Assembly: GCA_963744995.1 (NCBI GenBank)
Contig: CAVUWA010000004.1
Span: 320,001 to 384,000 of the forward strand
Direction: 5' to 3'
Origin: Candidatus Eiseniibacteriota bacterium
Lineage (GTDB): Bacteria > Eisenbacteria > RBG-16-71-46
DNA length: 64,000 bases
The position numbers were made by a program, and so were the translations under genes. Shown one piece after another: positions 24,292 through 35,210 of the stretch. Under the pieces are notes generated by a model. The model searched no databases, was not told the DNA's origin, and was given only the letters and a program-made list of their open reading frames with translations. How positions within the stretch are numbered: the first letter of the stretch is position 1; every line of letters starts with the position of its first letter.

Positions 24292-25227
24292 CTACCGCTG
24301 CCGTTCGGCGACCGCCACGATCAGGTGGCAGAGCGGTGTGGCCTTCGGGCCGAGCGCGAACACGCGGTCGAGGACGTCCATGTACAGGGCGGCGGCGTCC
24401 TCGCGCGCGCGCGCCTCGCCCACCGCGCGCACCCAGGTCGCCTTGCCGCGCTGCTCGTCGGTGCCGGCGCGCTTGCCGAGGCGCGCGAGCGACGCGCCGC
24501 GGTTCAGGAGGTCGTCGTGGATCTGGAATGCGAGGCCGAGCTGGCGCCCGGACTCGGCGAGGACCGCACGGCGCCGCGCGGGCGCGCCGGCGACGATCGC
24601 CCCGAGCGCCATGGCCGCCGAGATCAGGGCGCCGGTCTTCCGCAGATGGATGTCACGCACCCGCCTTGCGGTCGCCTTCTTCCCTTCGGCCTCGAGGTCC
24701 AGCGCCTGGCCGCCCACCAGCTCGCGGCTGCCGGCCGCGGCGGCCAGGGTGCCGACGGCCTCGGCGACCCGCGCCGCCGGGACGCCCACCTCGCCGAGGC
24801 GGGTCAGTTCCTCGAATGCGAACGCCAGCAGTGCGTCTCCGGCCAGCACGCCGAGCGCGTCGCCGAATTTCTTGTGCGTGGTGATCCGGCCGCGGCGGAA
24901 GTCGTCGTCGTCCATCGCCGGCAGGTCGTCGTGGATCAGCGAAAAGGCGTGAACGCATTCGACCGCGACGGCGGCCGGCAGCGCCTTCTTCCAGTCACCG
25001 CCCGCCGCTTCGCACGCGGAGAGCGTGAGCAGCGGCCGCAGCCGCTTGCCGGGCGCGAGTGCGCCGTAGCGCATGGCGGCGTGCAGGCGCCGGGGCGGTG
25101 CGCTCGCCGCCGGGAGTGCACGCTTGAAGTGACGCTCGAAGGCGGCGAGCCGGGCGTGCAGGACACGCGCGGTGCCCGGCGCGAGCTCGGCGCCGGCGCT
25201 GGCGTAGGTGCGGCCGCGTTTCGTCAA
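24292..25227 (-). CDS. ispA: Geranyltranstransferase / polyprenyl diphosphate synthase
   Basis: GKRLRP, SLIHDDLPAMDDDDFRRG, GQALD, KTGAL and FQIHDD; xseB-ispA-dxs context. Confidence 0.93.
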   Translation of the reverse strand: MTKRGRTYASAGAELAPGTARVLHARLAAFERHFKRALPAASAPPRRLHAAMRYGALAPGKRLRPLLTLSACEAAGGDWKKALPAAVAVECVHAFSLIHDDLPAMDDDDFRRGRITTHKKFGDALGVLAGDALLAFAFEELTRLGEVGVPAARVAEAVGTLAAAAGSRELVGGQALDLEAEGKKATARRVRDIHLRKTGALISAAMALGAIVAGAPARRRAVLAESGRQLGLAFQIHDDLLNRGASLARLGKRAGTDEQRGKATWVRAVGEARAREDAAALYMDVLDRVFALGPKATPLCHLIVAVAERQR

Positions 25228-25532
25228 AAGGGCAGCTGGCCCGTGCCGCCCGGTTCGTCTTCGAAGTCGTCGTCCATCGGGCGCGTGGCGGGCGGCTCCT
25301 CGCCCCGGCCCTCGACGAGCTTCTCGATGCGCTTCTCGGCCTGATCCAGCGTGCGCCCCAGGCCGCGCGACAGCTTCATGCCCTCTTCGTAGCGGGCGAT
25401 GGACTCTTCGAGCGTCAGCTGCCCGCCTTCCAGATCCTCGACGATCGCCTCGAGGCGGCCGAGCGCCTCTTCGAACGGCGGCATCGCGTCCGCGCCCTCG
25501 TCCGCGTCCGCTGGCTTCTTCTTAGGAGGCAT
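25224..25532 (-). CDS. xseB: Exodeoxyribonuclease VII small subunit
   Basis: FEEALGRLEAIVEDLEGGQLTLEESIARYEEG. Confidence 0.93.
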   Translation of the reverse strand: MPPKKKPADADEGADAMPPFEEALGRLEAIVEDLEGGQLTLEESIARYEEGMKLSRGLGRTLDQAEKRIEKLVEGRGEEPPATRPMDDDFEDEPGGTGQLPF

Positions 25533-26886
25533 CCGCTTCTCCCCTGCGAATCCGTTCCACCCGTGCGTCCGCCTCGCCAGAGGCGAACTCGAGCGCGATC
25601 AGGTCGCCGACGCCGACGGCGTCTACGGCGCGCAGCAGGGTACCGTCCGCGGCGCGCGCGATGCAAAAGCCCCGCGCGAGCACCTCGCGCGGCGACAGCG
25701 CACGCAGCCGGTCGGACAGGTGGACGAGCTGCCGGCGGCGGTCGTCCACCAGCCCCACGGCGACCGCCACCAGGCGCTCGCGCGCGGCCGCGGTCTCGCG
25801 GCGCCGCTCGGCGAGCGTGGCCGGGAAACGCCGGAAGCCGTAGCGTGCGACCGCCTGCTCGAAGCGCCCGCGCGCGCCCTCCACCGCGCGCCGCACCGCC
25901 GCGTCCACCGACTTGAGCGCATCGTCCACGCGCTGGCGGAAGCCGTCGAGCAGGTCGCGCTGGCGGCGGAAGCCGTACTTGCCGACCAGCGCCTGCAGCT
26001 GGCGGCGGCGCAGCGCCACCGTGTGGCGCAGGGCACGCGTCGCGCGACCGGCGAGCAGGCCCACGCGCGCCGCGGTCTCGGCCCGGTCGCGCACCGCAAG
26101 CTCGGCGGCGTTGGACGGCGTCGCCGCGCGCACGTCGGCGGCGAGCTCGACCAGCGTCTGATCCACTTCGTGGCCGACGCCGGCGATCACCGGAATCTCC
26201 GACTCGGCGACCGCGCGCACCACCGGCTCTTCGTTGAACGCCCACAGGTCCTCGAGCGAGCCGCCGCCGCGCCCCACGAGCAGGACGTCCACGCCGCCGT
26301 AACGGTTGAAGCGCCGCACGGCGGCGGCGATCTCGGCCGCGGCCCCCTCGCCCTGCACGCGCACCGGCGCGAGCACGATGCGGATCGAAGGCCAGCGCGC
26401 ACGCAGCACCTTGATCATGTCGCGCACTGCCGCACCGCTCGGCGAGGTGACGAGCCCGACCGATTCCGGGTAGGCCGGCGGCGGTTTCCGGCGCGCCGGA
26501 TCGAACAGGCCCTCTTCCAGCAGCCGGCGCTTGAGCGCCTCCAGCTCGAGCAGCAGCGCGCCGACGCCGGCCGGACGCATCTCCTGCACGTTCAGCTGGT
26601 ACCGGCCGCGCGGCGCATACACCGAGACCGAGCCGAACGCCTCGATCTCCATGCCGTCCTTGAGGTCGAACGTCACCCGCGAGGCGTGCCGCGACCACAG
26701 CGCGCACTCGAGCAGCGCTTCGTTGCCCTCGCGCAGCGAGAAGTAGACGTGCCCGCTCGGCGCGCGGCGCACGCCGGTCGCCTCGCCGCGCACCCAGACC
26801 GCGGGGAACGTCTCGTCCACCAGGGCCTTGATGCGCCGGGTGATCGCGGCGACCGAGAGGATCTCGTCAGGCGGCAGCAGGCTCAC
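25522..26886 (-). CDS. xseA: Exodeoxyribonuclease VII large subunit
   Basis: SGHVYFSL, RGGGSLEDLWAFN, GVGHEVD and ATPSNAAE. Confidence 0.96.
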   Translation of the reverse strand: MSLLPPDEILSVAAITRRIKALVDETFPAVWVRGEATGVRRAPSGHVYFSLREGNEALLECALWSRHASRVTFDLKDGMEIEAFGSVSVYAPRGRYQLNVQEMRPAGVGALLLELEALKRRLLEEGLFDPARRKPPPAYPESVGLVTSPSGAAVRDMIKVLRARWPSIRIVLAPVRVQGEGAAAEIAAAVRRFNRYGGVDVLLVGRGGGSLEDLWAFNEEPVVRAVAESEIPVIAGVGHEVDQTLVELAADVRAATPSNAAELAVRDRAETAARVGLLAGRATRALRHTVALRRRQLQALVGKYGFRRQRDLLDGFRQRVDDALKSVDAAVRRAVEGARGRFEQAVARYGFRRFPATLAERRRETAAARERLVAVAVGLVDDRRRQLVHLSDRLRALSPREVLARGFCIARAADGTLLRAVDAVGVGDLIALEFASGEADARVERIRRGEADAS

Positions 26887-26899
26887 GCGGTGGGCGTCC

Positions 26900-28594
26900 T
26901 CAGGTCTGCCCGGCCGGGGCCATGCCGTGCTGGCGCGCCGCGGCGATGACGGTGTTGGTGACGACCATCGCCACGGTCAGCGGACCCACGCCGCCCGGCA
27001 CCGGGGTCAGCGCGCCGGCGACCTGTTTCACCGATTCGGCGTCCACGTCGCCGGTGAGGCGGGTGCCTTTCGGGCGGTCGGGCGCCGGGACCCGGTGCAT
27101 GCCCACGTCCACGACCGTTGCGCCCTTCTTCACCCACTCGGCATCCACGATCTCCGGCTTGCCGATCGCGGCCACCAGCAGGTCGGCTTCGCGGGCGAGC
27201 CGCTGCAGTTCGGGGCCGCTGCGGCTGTGGCCGAGCGTGACGGTCATGTCGACACCCTTGCTCGAGAGCAGCGTCGCCAGCGGCCGGCCGACGATGTTCG
27301 AGCGACCGAGCACCACCGCATGACGCCCGGCGAGCGGGATCTCGTGGTAACGCAGCATTTCGAGGATGCCGCGCGGCGTCGCCGAGATCAGCGCCGGAAG
27401 CCCGAGGCTCAGGCGGCCGACGTTCTCCGGATGGAACCCGTCGACGTCCTTCGCGGGCGGGATCGCCTCGAGGATTTCCTGAGGCTCGGCGGGTGGCGCG
27501 AGCGGCAGCTGCACCAGGATCCCGTGCACCTCCGGGTTCGCGCCGAGCGCCTTCACGCGCTCGACCACCGCCGTGGTCGTCGTGCCGGCGGGGAGCTTCA
27601 CGCGTTCGACCCGGATGCCGACCTGCTCGCAGGCCTCCTGCTTGTGCCGCATGTAGATCTTCGAGGCCGGGTCGTCGCCCACCGAGACCAGCGCCAGCAC
27701 CGGCGCCACGCCGAGTTCCTTCAGGCGCTGCACTTCGGTGTGCGCCGCGTAGCGCGCGGTCTCCGCCGGCTCGGCGCCGCGCAGAATGCGCGCCTCGCCG
27801 CGGCTTTCCGGGTCGTACGGCAGCTGAATGCGGCGGATCGAACGCGCCTTGCCCGTGGCGGGATCGACCGTGAGCAGCACGGCGTTGAGCCGCAGGTCGC
27901 CCGACGAGGGCGTGAGCCGCTGCGGCATGAGCGTGAGGAAGCGGTGCAGCGCGCCCTGCTTGTCCATGCCGATCACCGAGTCGAAACCGCCGGTCATGCC
28001 GGCGTCGGTGAGGTACGCGGTGCCGCGCGGCAGGATGCGCTCGTCGGCGGTCTGCGTATGGGTGTGGGTGCCGAGCACCGCGCTCACCCGCCCGTCCAGG
28101 TGCCAGCCCAGCGCCACCTTCTCGGCGGTCGCCTCGGCGTGAAAGTCGACGAAGATCGTCTTCGTCTTCTTCGACAGATCGTCGAGCAGCGCGTCCACGA
28201 TGCGGAACGGCGAATCCACCTCGCGCATGAACACCTGCCCGAGCAGGCTCACGATGCCCACCGGCGTGCCGTCGCTGGCCGTGAACACGGCGCTCCCCTG
28301 CCCCGGCGTGCCGGGTGGCATGTTGGCCGGCCGCACCAGGCGCGGCTCGTCGCCCAGGTAGCCCATGGCGTCCTTGCGGTCCCAGAGATGATTCCCGCCG
28401 GTCAGGACGTCCACGCCGGCGTCGTAGAGACCGGACGCGGTCTCGCGCGTCAGCCCGAAGCCGCCGGCCGAGTTCTCGCCGTTGCAGATCACCAGATGGA
28501 CGTCGTGTCGTTTCCTGAGGCCGGGGAGCAACGCCTGCACCACGTCGCGCCCCGGCGAGCCGATCACGTCGGCGATGAAGAGGATGTTGGTCAT
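26900..28594 (-). CDS. Fusion of YmdB-family (TIGR00282) metallophosphoesterase and FolD (methylene-THF dehydrogenase/cyclohydrolase)
   Basis: N-terminal half: ILFIADVIG, NGENSAGG, GNHLWD, DFHAEATAEK, GTHTH, TDAGMTG. C-terminal half: VGDDPASKIY..K, GILVQLPL, KDVDGFHPEN, GRSNIVGRP, TPVPGGVGPLT. One uninterrupted ORF. Confidence 0.92.
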   Translation of the reverse strand: MTNILFIADVIGSPGRDVVQALLPGLRKRHDVHLVICNGENSAGGFGLTRETASGLYDAGVDVLTGGNHLWDRKDAMGYLGDEPRLVRPANMPPGTPGQGSAVFTASDGTPVGIVSLLGQVFMREVDSPFRIVDALLDDLSKKTKTIFVDFHAEATAEKVALGWHLDGRVSAVLGTHTHTQTADERILPRGTAYLTDAGMTGGFDSVIGMDKQGALHRFLTLMPQRLTPSSGDLRLNAVLLTVDPATGKARSIRRIQLPYDPESRGEARILRGAEPAETARYAAHTEVQRLKELGVAPVLALVSVGDDPASKIYMRHKQEACEQVGIRVERVKLPAGTTTTAVVERVKALGANPEVHGILVQLPLAPPAEPQEILEAIPPAKDVDGFHPENVGRLSLGLPALISATPRGILEMLRYHEIPLAGRHAVVLGRSNIVGRPLATLLSSKGVDMTVTLGHSRSGPELQRLAREADLLVAAIGKPEIVDAEWVKKGATVVDVGMHRVPAPDRPKGTRLTGDVDAESVKQVAGALTPVPGGVGPLTVAMVVTNTVIAAARQHGMAPAGQT

Positions 28595-28655
28595 CCCGCC
28601 CTCCCGGCGGTGGTTGCCGCCCGTTTCCTTCGCGATCGCGGGCAAACGCCCGTGC

Positions 28656-30215
28656 TCAGCGCGCGTAGTCGACCGCGCGCGTCTCGCGGATCACCGTGAC
28701 CCGGATCTGCCCCGGGTATTGCAGTTCCTTTTCGATGCGACGCGCAATGTCGTTCGCGAGCCCCTGCGCCCGGGCATCGTCGACGCGCGCGTGCTCCACC
28801 ATGATGCGCACCTCACGGCCGGCCTGGATCGCGTAGGACTTCTCGACCCCCGGGAAGCCGCCGGCGATCTTCTCCAGGGCCTCCAGCCGCTTGATGTAGA
28901 TCTCGAGGCTCTCGCGCCGCGCCCCGGGCCGCGCGCCGGAGATCGCGTCCGCGGCCGAGATCAGCACCGGCCACAGGCTCCCGCCGGCGTAGTCGTCGTG
29001 GTGGTAGCCGATGGCCTCGAGCACCGGCTGCGGCTCGCCGTAACGCGCCGCGAACTCCATGCCCAGCGCCGGATGCGTGCCCTCCTGGTCGTGGTCGATC
29101 GCCTTGCCGATGTCGTGCAGCAGGCCGCCGCGCTTGGCCATCTTCTGATCCATGCCGATCTCGGCAGCCATCATGCCGGCGATGTGCGCGACCTCGATCG
29201 AATGACGCAGGATGTTCTGCCCGTAAGAGGTCCGGTAGTAGAGGCGGCCGAGCAGGTACTGCACCTCCGGGTGCAGGCCGTGCACGCCGACCTCGAGACA
29301 GGCGAGCTCGCCCTGCTCGCGGATCTTGTTCTCGACCTCGACCTTGACCTTGGCGACCACCTCTTCGATGCGCGCCGGGTGGATGCGCCCGTCGGCGACC
29401 AGCCGCTCGAGGGCGAGCCGCGCGATCTCGCGGCGGACCGGGTCGAAGCCCGAAAGGATCACGGCCTCCGGCGTATCGTCGATGATCACATCCACGCCGG
29501 TGATCACCTCGAACGAGCGGATGTTGCGGCCCTCGCGGCCGATGATCCGGCCCTTCATGTCGTCGCTCGGCAGGTGCACGACCGACACCGAGGACTCCGA
29601 CACGTGATCCGCGGCGTAGCGCTGCATGGCGAGCGTCATGATCCGGCGCGCCTCGCGCTCGGCGTTGCGCTGCGCCGCGTCGCGCACCTCGGCGACCAGC
29701 TTCGTGGCCTCGGCTCGCGCCTCGTGCTCGATGCTGGAGATGAGCTGGTTGCGCGCGTCGTCGACCGTGAGGCCGGCGACCCGCTCGAGCTGCGCGGTTT
29801 CGGCGGCGATCAGCTTTTCCAGCTCGGCGTGCCGTTCGCCGGCGGCGGCTTCGCGGCGCTGGACCTCCTGCTCGAGCCGCTTGAGGTCGCGTTCCATCTT
29901 CTCGACCAGCTCGACGCGGCGGTTGAACGCCGCTTCCTTTTCCTGGAACGCGCGTTCGGCCGCGAGCTGCTCCTTGCGCATCTCCGCCAGCTCGCGCTCG
30001 ACCTGCTGCTTGAGGTGCAGCGACTCCTCGCGGCCTTCGAGCGTGGCGTTGCGCTTCAGGGTCTCCGCTTCGCGCCGCGCCTGTTCGACCATCGCGGCGG
30101 CCTGCAGCTCGGCGCTGCGCGCGCGGCTGCTGCCGATGCGCGAGCGCAGCATGTAGCCGACCCAGAACGCCACGACGGCACCGATCGCGATGCCGCCGAG
30201 AGCCACTGCGTCCAT
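28656..30215 (-). CDS. rny: Ribonuclease Y
   Basis: N-terminal TM, coiled coil, KH domain ([13 protein letters not shown]), HD domain (LLHDIGK) and [14 protein letters not shown] 30215. Confidence 0.97.
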   Translation of the reverse strand: MDAVALGGIAIGAVVAFWVGYMLRSRIGSSRARSAELQAAAMVEQARREAETLKRNATLEGREESLHLKQQVERELAEMRKEQLAAERAFQEKEAAFNRRVELVEKMERDLKRLEQEVQRREAAAGERHAELEKLIAAETAQLERVAGLTVDDARNQLISSIEHEARAEATKLVAEVRDAAQRNAEREARRIMTLAMQRYAADHVSESSVSVVHLPSDDMKGRIIGREGRNIRSFEVITGVDVIIDDTPEAVILSGFDPVRREIARLALERLVADGRIHPARIEEVVAKVKVEVENKIREQGELACLEVGVHGLHPEVQYLLGRLYYRTSYGQNILRHSIEVAHIAGMMAAEIGMDQKMAKRGGLLHDIGKAIDHDQEGTHPALGMEFAARYGEPQPVLEAIGYHHDDYAGGSLWPVLISAADAISGARPGARRESLEIYIKRLEALEKIAGGFPGVEKSYAIQAGREVRIMVEHARVDDARAQGLANDIARRIEKELQYPGQIRVTVIRETRAVDYAR

Positions 30216-30296
30216 GGACGTCTCCCCCGGGTCCCGCCGGTCGCCGTGCCGCCCGAAAGCGACCTCGACGCCGGCCGGGGCCGAGGCAGGGAAAAA

Positions 30297-30479
30297 TCCC
30301 CGCCGGTATGCCGTGAGTCCGTGTGTTCTTGAGACCTGGATCACCAGGTGGGCGTTCCTACGACCGGGTCTGCGATCCGAGCCCCGCGAGGGGTCGGCGT
30401 GGCGTCGCCGGCCACCGGTTCACCCTTTACGTCAGCATTGGTTCAAGAACATCCTGGACAACACGAGCACGGCAGGGAC
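30297..30479 (-). ncRNA. ssrS: 6S RNA
   Basis: About 180-nt long irregular hairpin between zapA and rny. 5' TCCCTGCCG pairs with 3' CGGCGGGGA, GTTCTTGA pairs with TCAAGAAC, with a central bubble. Canonical synteny. Confidence 0.85.
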
Positions 30480-30505
30480 ATCGCGTGGCGCGGTGGCGCC
30501 ATTCT

Positions 30506-30811
30506 TCAGGACCGGGTTCGCTCTTCCTCGAGCAGCTCGTCGAGCACCGCATTCAGGCGCGCGGTCTTTTCGCCGAGCTGCCGGGTCTGGTTCTCCCGGC
30601 GTGAACGCTCCTTGAAAAGCTCATCGGCGATGTTGAGGGAAGCGAGAATGGCCACCTTCGACAACGAAGCCACCGGAAGACGCTCGGTGATTTCCCGCAT
30701 CTTCCGGTCGACGTAGGAAGAGACTTCCATGATGTATTCGTGATCGGCTTCGCCGCGGATCGTGTAGCTGTGCCCGAAGATCTGGACCTGGACCACGTTC
30801 TTGGAGTCCAT
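30506..30811 (-). CDS. zapA: Cell division protein ZapA
   Basis: VQIFGHSYTI...YVDRKMREI...AILASLNIADE. Confidence 0.92.
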   Translation of the reverse strand: MDSKNVVQVQIFGHSYTIRGEADHEYIMEVSSYVDRKMREITERLPVASLSKVAILASLNIADELFKERSRRENQTRQLGEKTARLNAVLDELLEEERTRS

Positions 30812-30900
30812 GTCGCCTCCGCGTTGCCGCGATTCCCTGCACTGGTTCTCTGTCGATGCCCGTTCCGCGCGCCGGCCGCGGCCGCCGCCACGAACCGGGC

Positions 30901-31197
30901 CTATGTCTCGATCCGCTCCAGTTTGCCGATGAGCGTCTCGATTCTCGAAGCCACGTCCCGCCGTTCGGTCTGCCAGTTCTTCTGTTCGCGCTTGAGCGCG
31001 CCCAGTTCGTCCAGCAGGGCGCCGGGATCCTGGCCCTGTAGTTTCTGTTCGAGCTCGGCGACCCGCTTCGTCAGCGTTTCGTTCTCGCGCCCGAGCCGTT
31101 CGCGGTCGTCCCGCAACTGCTGCACCAGCGCCGCGGCCTTCTCCACCCGCTCGGCCAGCCGGTCCAGATCCATCTGCATCGTCGTGGTGTCGTTCAT
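30901..31197 (-). CDS. Short coiled-coil protein (ZapB-like)
   Basis: 98-aa heptad-rich protein (LDRLAERVEKAAALVQQLR...RIETLIGKL) between pheT and zapA. Confidence 0.7.
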   Translation of the reverse strand: MNDTTTMQMDLDRLAERVEKAAALVQQLRDDRERLGRENETLTKRVAELEQKLQGQDPGALLDELGALKREQKNWQTERRDVASRIETLIGKLERIET

Positions 31198-33611
31198 CGC
31201 TCTCTCAAGCGGCCGCCGTGCTGCTCGGCGACGGCGGTCACCATGCGGTCCTGAATCGTCTGGACCTCGGCCTCGGTCAGCGTGCGCTCCGGATGCTGAA
31301 ATCGAAGCGCGTACGCCAGACTGCGCGTGCCTTCCGGTGTGCCCGGCCCCGTATAGATGTCGAACAGCTCGATGGAATCGAGCCGGGCGCCCGCGCTTTC
31401 GACGAGCGTCCGCTCGAGTTCCCGGTGGGTGACCCGCTCGTCGACGAAGAACGCGAGATCGCGGCGCACCGGCGGGAACCGACCCGGCAGGCGGACCGCG
31501 CCGGGGGCGAGCGAGCGCGACTCGAGCACATCGAGCCGTGTCACGAACGCGTGCAGCGGAACCTCGATGTCCCACGTCTTCAGCACCGCGGGCCCCAGCG
31601 TTCCGGCCCATCCAATGCGCGAAGTCCCGCTTGCAACCTCCGCACTGGCACCGGTTTTCCAACCGGGCGCAGCATAGGACCGCCATTCGGGAGTGTCAAC
31701 GCGCATCTCCTCGAGCCACGCTTCCCAGATTCCCTGCGCGTCGTCGAAGTCGGTCGTCGCCTGCGTCGCGTCGTGCGCGTGCGCGTAACGCGGCCCGCAG
31801 ACGATCGCCGCGACGTACAGCGTCTCCTCGGGCAGTTCGCCCCCGCGCGCTGCAAAGCCGTGGCCGACCTCGTAGAGGCGCACCGCCTGCGCGCCCTGAC
31901 GCAGGTTGTGCGCCGCCGCGCGCAGGAGGCCTGCGAGCAGGTTCGGGCGCAGCACTTCGTGCTCGCGGCTCATCGGATTCGAGAGCCGCACCAGCGTCGC
32001 GGCATCCGCGCCGAGCAGCGCGGCGCACGCCTCGGCCTCGCGTTCCGAAACGAGCGTCGAGGTCCACGCTTCGGTGAGCCCGCGCGCCTGCATCGCGGCG
32101 CGCGCGCGCAGGATCGTGCGCTCCTGCGCCGAGCGCACCGCGTAGGCGCCGCCGGTTTCCAGCGGCACTTCCGGAATGCGGTCGTAGCCCCAACCGCGGG
32201 CGACCTCCTCGACCAGATCGTCTTCCTCCGTCACGTCCGGGCGCCAGGACGGCACGCCGACGGTGAGGGGATCGCCGGAGCGGATCTCGAACTCGAACGC
32301 GGTGAGCTGCCGCGCACATTCCTCCGCGCCGAGCGGCACGCCGACCAGACGTGCGACGCGGCTGCCGCGCAGCGCGAGCGTGCGGCGCGCGGGAAGTGCG
32401 TGGCGCACGTGACGTCCCGGGCCGAGCCGGAGGCCGGGGCACATGGCTGTGAGCAGCTCGATGAACCGCTGCGTGGCGCGTGGCCCGATCTCCGGATCCA
32501 CCCCGCGCTCGTAGCGCTTGCTGGCTTCGGTGGCGAGCCCCAGGTGGCGCGCGCCGCGGCGTACGCGGGTGGGCAGGAACCAGGCGCACTCGAGCATCAG
32601 CCGCGTCGTGGCGTCGGACACCTCGCTGTCGGCGCCGCCCATCACGCCGGCGACCGCGACGTGGCCCCCGGCATCGTCGATCATCAGCACTTCGGGCGAC
32701 AGCTCGCGCTCCCTGCCGTCGAGCGTGGTGAAGCGCTCTCCCGCCCGGGCGCGGCGCACGCGGACCGCCGGGCCACGGAGCCGGTCGAGGTCGAACGCGT
32801 GCAGCGGCTGTCCGTACTCGAACAGGACCCAGTTGGTGACGTCCACCACGTTGCTGATCGGCCGCTGGCCGACTGCTTCGAGGCGGCGCCGCATCCATTC
32901 GGGCGACGGGCCGATCTTCACGTTCTCGATCACCTGCGCGATGTAGGACGGGCAGCCTTCAGCGTCCTCGAGCACGAGGTCGAAGCCGTCGCCGGCCGTC
33001 CAGCCGGGCTCCAGACGCTTGCGGGCCGCGGCGGTCCAGGTGCCGCCGAACGCGGCCTTCACCTCGCGCGCGATGCCGACGATGCCGAGCGCGTCGGGGC
33101 GATTGAACGGAATCTCGATCTCGAACACGGTGTCGGGCGGCGGCATGAACGCCGCAAGCGGCGCGCCCGGCGCGAGGTCGCTGCGGCCTTCGAAGTACTG
33201 TTCGAGGTCGAGGATTCCGGCGTGGTCGTCGGACAGCTCCAGCTCACGCGCCGAGCACAGCATGCCCTCGCTGGTCTCGCCGCGGATCTTCGACTTGCGG
33301 ATCACCAGCCCGCCGGGAAGCCTCGCCCCCACCGTCGCGAGCGGAACGATCATCCCGGCGTGCACGTTGGGCGCGCCGCAGACCACCGACAGCTCGCCGG
33401 CGCCGCCGTCCACGCGGCACAGCTTCAGGCGGTCCGCGTTCGGGTGCGGGTTCGCCTCGAGCACGCGCGCGACCACGACGCCCGGGAACTCGCCGCCGTG
33501 CGTCTCGATGCCCTCGACGTAGAAGCCGCGGCGCGTCAGCGCGTCGGCTACGGCGCCCTCCGCCGCGTCGAACTCGATCCAATCCTGGAGCCAGGAGAGC
33601 GGGACTTTCAT
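31194..33611 (-). CDS. pheT: Phenylalanyl-tRNA synthetase beta subunit
   Basis: MKVPLSWL, VCGAPNV, SEGMLCS, GQPLHAFD, RYERGVD and RRDLAF. Confidence 0.97.
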   Translation of the reverse strand: MKVPLSWLQDWIEFDAAEGAVADALTRRGFYVEGIETHGGEFPGVVVARVLEANPHPNADRLKLCRVDGGAGELSVVCGAPNVHAGMIVPLATVGARLPGGLVIRKSKIRGETSEGMLCSARELELSDDHAGILDLEQYFEGRSDLAPGAPLAAFMPPPDTVFEIEIPFNRPDALGIVGIAREVKAAFGGTWTAAARKRLEPGWTAGDGFDLVLEDAEGCPSYIAQVIENVKIGPSPEWMRRRLEAVGQRPISNVVDVTNWVLFEYGQPLHAFDLDRLRGPAVRVRRARAGERFTTLDGRERELSPEVLMIDDAGGHVAVAGVMGGADSEVSDATTRLMLECAWFLPTRVRRGARHLGLATEASKRYERGVDPEIGPRATQRFIELLTAMCPGLRLGPGRHVRHALPARRTLALRGSRVARLVGVPLGAEECARQLTAFEFEIRSGDPLTVGVPSWRPDVTEEDDLVEEVARGWGYDRIPEVPLETGGAYAVRSAQERTILRARAAMQARGLTEAWTSTLVSEREAEACAALLGADAATLVRLSNPMSREHEVLRPNLLAGLLRAAAHNLRQGAQAVRLYEVGHGFAARGGELPEETLYVAAIVCGPRYAHAHDATQATTDFDDAQGIWEAWLEEMRVDTPEWRSYAAPGWKTGASAEVASGTSRIGWAGTLGPAVLKTWDIEVPLHAFVTRLDVLESRSLAPGAVRLPGRFPPVRRDLAFFVDERVTHRELERTLVESAGARLDSIELFDIYTGPGTPEGTRSLAYALRFQHPERTLTEAEVQTIQDRMVTAVAEQHGGRLRER

Positions 33612-33645
33612 CGTGCCTCGGATGCGCGCCCGGGGGCGCCGTGCG

Positions 33646-34797
33646 TCAGAACTGGTTCAGGAATCGCAGGTCGTTTTCCAGGAACAGCCGGATCTCGGGG
33701 ATGCCGTAGCGCAGCATGGCGAGGCGCTCGAGACCGATGCCGAAGGCGAATCCGGTGACCTCTTCAGGGTCGTAGCCCACCGCGCGGAACACGTTCGGAT
33801 GCACCATGCCCGCGCCCAGCACCTCGAGCCAGCCGCTGCCCTTGCAGACGCTGCAGCGCTTCTCGCCCGCGCCGTCCTTCACCGCGCCGCTGCCGCCGCA
33901 GATCACGCAGGACACGTCGAGCTGCGCGCCCGGTTCGACGAACGGGAAGTAGATCGGAATGAAGCGCGTGCGCACGTCGGCGCCGTAGATCGCGCGGGCG
34001 AAGGTGGCGAGCGTGCTCTTCAGGTCCGCCATGCTCACGTCGCGGTCCACGTACAGGCCGTCGATCTGGTGGAACTGATCCATGTGGCTCGCATCGATCT
34101 GTTCGGCGCGGAACACGCGGCCGGGGAACACCAGCCGGAGCGGCGGCTTCCGCTCCTCCATCGCCCGCACCCAGCCCGGCGAGGTGTGGGTGCGCAGGAC
34201 CACGCCCGGCGACACGAAGTACGTGTCGTGCGCGTCGCGCGCCGGGTGGTCGTCGGCGAAATTGAGCTTGCCGAAGTTGTAGGATTCGAGCTCGACCTCG
34301 GGGCTCGTGTACACCGAGTAGCCGAGCCCGTGGAACACGTCGAGCAGCTCGTCCCGGATCTGCGCCAGCACGTGCGGGCGCCCGACCCACGGCCTGCGGC
34401 CGGGGACGGTGACGTCGCTGCGTGCGGCGAAGCGCGCCTCGGCCTGCGTTTCGAGCACGCTACGCCGCGCCTGCTCGAGCTCGGCCAGATGGCGCTTGAG
34501 CAGGTTGAGCGCGCGGCCCCGGCGTTTGCGTGCCGCCGGGTCGAGGTCGCGCAGACCGGCCAGCGCGAGGGTCACCACGCCGCGCTCACGGCCGAGCAGC
34601 GCGGTGTGGACCTCGCGCAGCGTCTGCGGGTCGGGGGCGCCGGCCAGCGCGGCGGCGGCACGCGCGTAGAAATCGCCGAGCCCGGAGTCGAGCGCGGCGA
34701 GTTCCTTCTGCCGGTCGTGCTGTCCGGCGACGAGGTCTTCCGCGTCGCCCTGCGCCCAACCCGGATCGATGGCCTGCTGGAACGTGACGGTCGTCAC
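33646..34797 (-). CDS. pheS: Phenylalanyl-tRNA synthetase alpha subunit
   Basis: [28 protein letters not shown] and [10 protein letters not shown], with a CxxC..CxxC insert; GTG 34797. Confidence 0.96.
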   Translation of the reverse strand: MTTVTFQQAIDPGWAQGDAEDLVAGQHDRQKELAALDSGLGDFYARAAAALAGAPDPQTLREVHTALLGRERGVVTLALAGLRDLDPAARKRRGRALNLLKRHLAELEQARRSVLETQAEARFAARSDVTVPGRRPWVGRPHVLAQIRDELLDVFHGLGYSVYTSPEVELESYNFGKLNFADDHPARDAHDTYFVSPGVVLRTHTSPGWVRAMEERKPPLRLVFPGRVFRAEQIDASHMDQFHQIDGLYVDRDVSMADLKSTLATFARAIYGADVRTRFIPIYFPFVEPGAQLDVSCVICGGSGAVKDGAGEKRCSVCKGSGWLEVLGAGMVHPNVFRAVGYDPEEVTGFAFGIGLERLAMLRYGIPEIRLFLENDLRFLNQF

Positions 34798-35147
34798 GCC
34801 GCCGCCGACTTCGCCACCTCCGCGATCTTCGCGAACGCGGCTTCGTCGCGCACGGCGAGGTCGGCCAGCAGCTTGCGATTGACCTCGACGTTCGCCTTCT
34901 TGAGGCCTGCGATCAGGGCGTTGTAGCTCAGGCCGTTGATGCGCGCGGCCGCGTTGATGCGCACGATCCACAGGCGGCGAAAGTCGCGCTTGCGGGTGCG
35001 GCGGTGCTCGTAGGCGAACTGGCCGGCGCGCTGCGCGGTCTGCAGCGCCGACTTGTAGATCTTGCGCCGTCCATAGGCGCCCTTGACCGAGTTGAGGACC
35101 TTGCGGCGCCGGGCGCGGCCGGGGACGACGGTTTTGCTGCGGGGCAT
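34794..35147 (-). CDS. rplT: 50S ribosomal protein L20
   Basis: MPRSK...[17 protein letters not shown]...NRKLLADLA. Confidence 0.97.
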   Translation of the reverse strand: MPRSKTVVPGRARRRKVLNSVKGAYGRRKIYKSALQTAQRAGQFAYEHRRTRKRDFRRLWIVRINAAARINGLSYNALIAGLKKANVEVNRKLLADLAVRDEAAFAKIAEVAKSAAA

Positions 35148-35210
35148 CGGATATTCCTCCATCACCGCGGCGACACGGGCCGCCCGCGGGAACCATGACG
35201 ATCGGCTGGG

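Noticed and set aside
33830..33910. CxxC...CxxC insert in PheS as a novelty
   Set aside because: This insert is common in PheS from many bacterial phyla.
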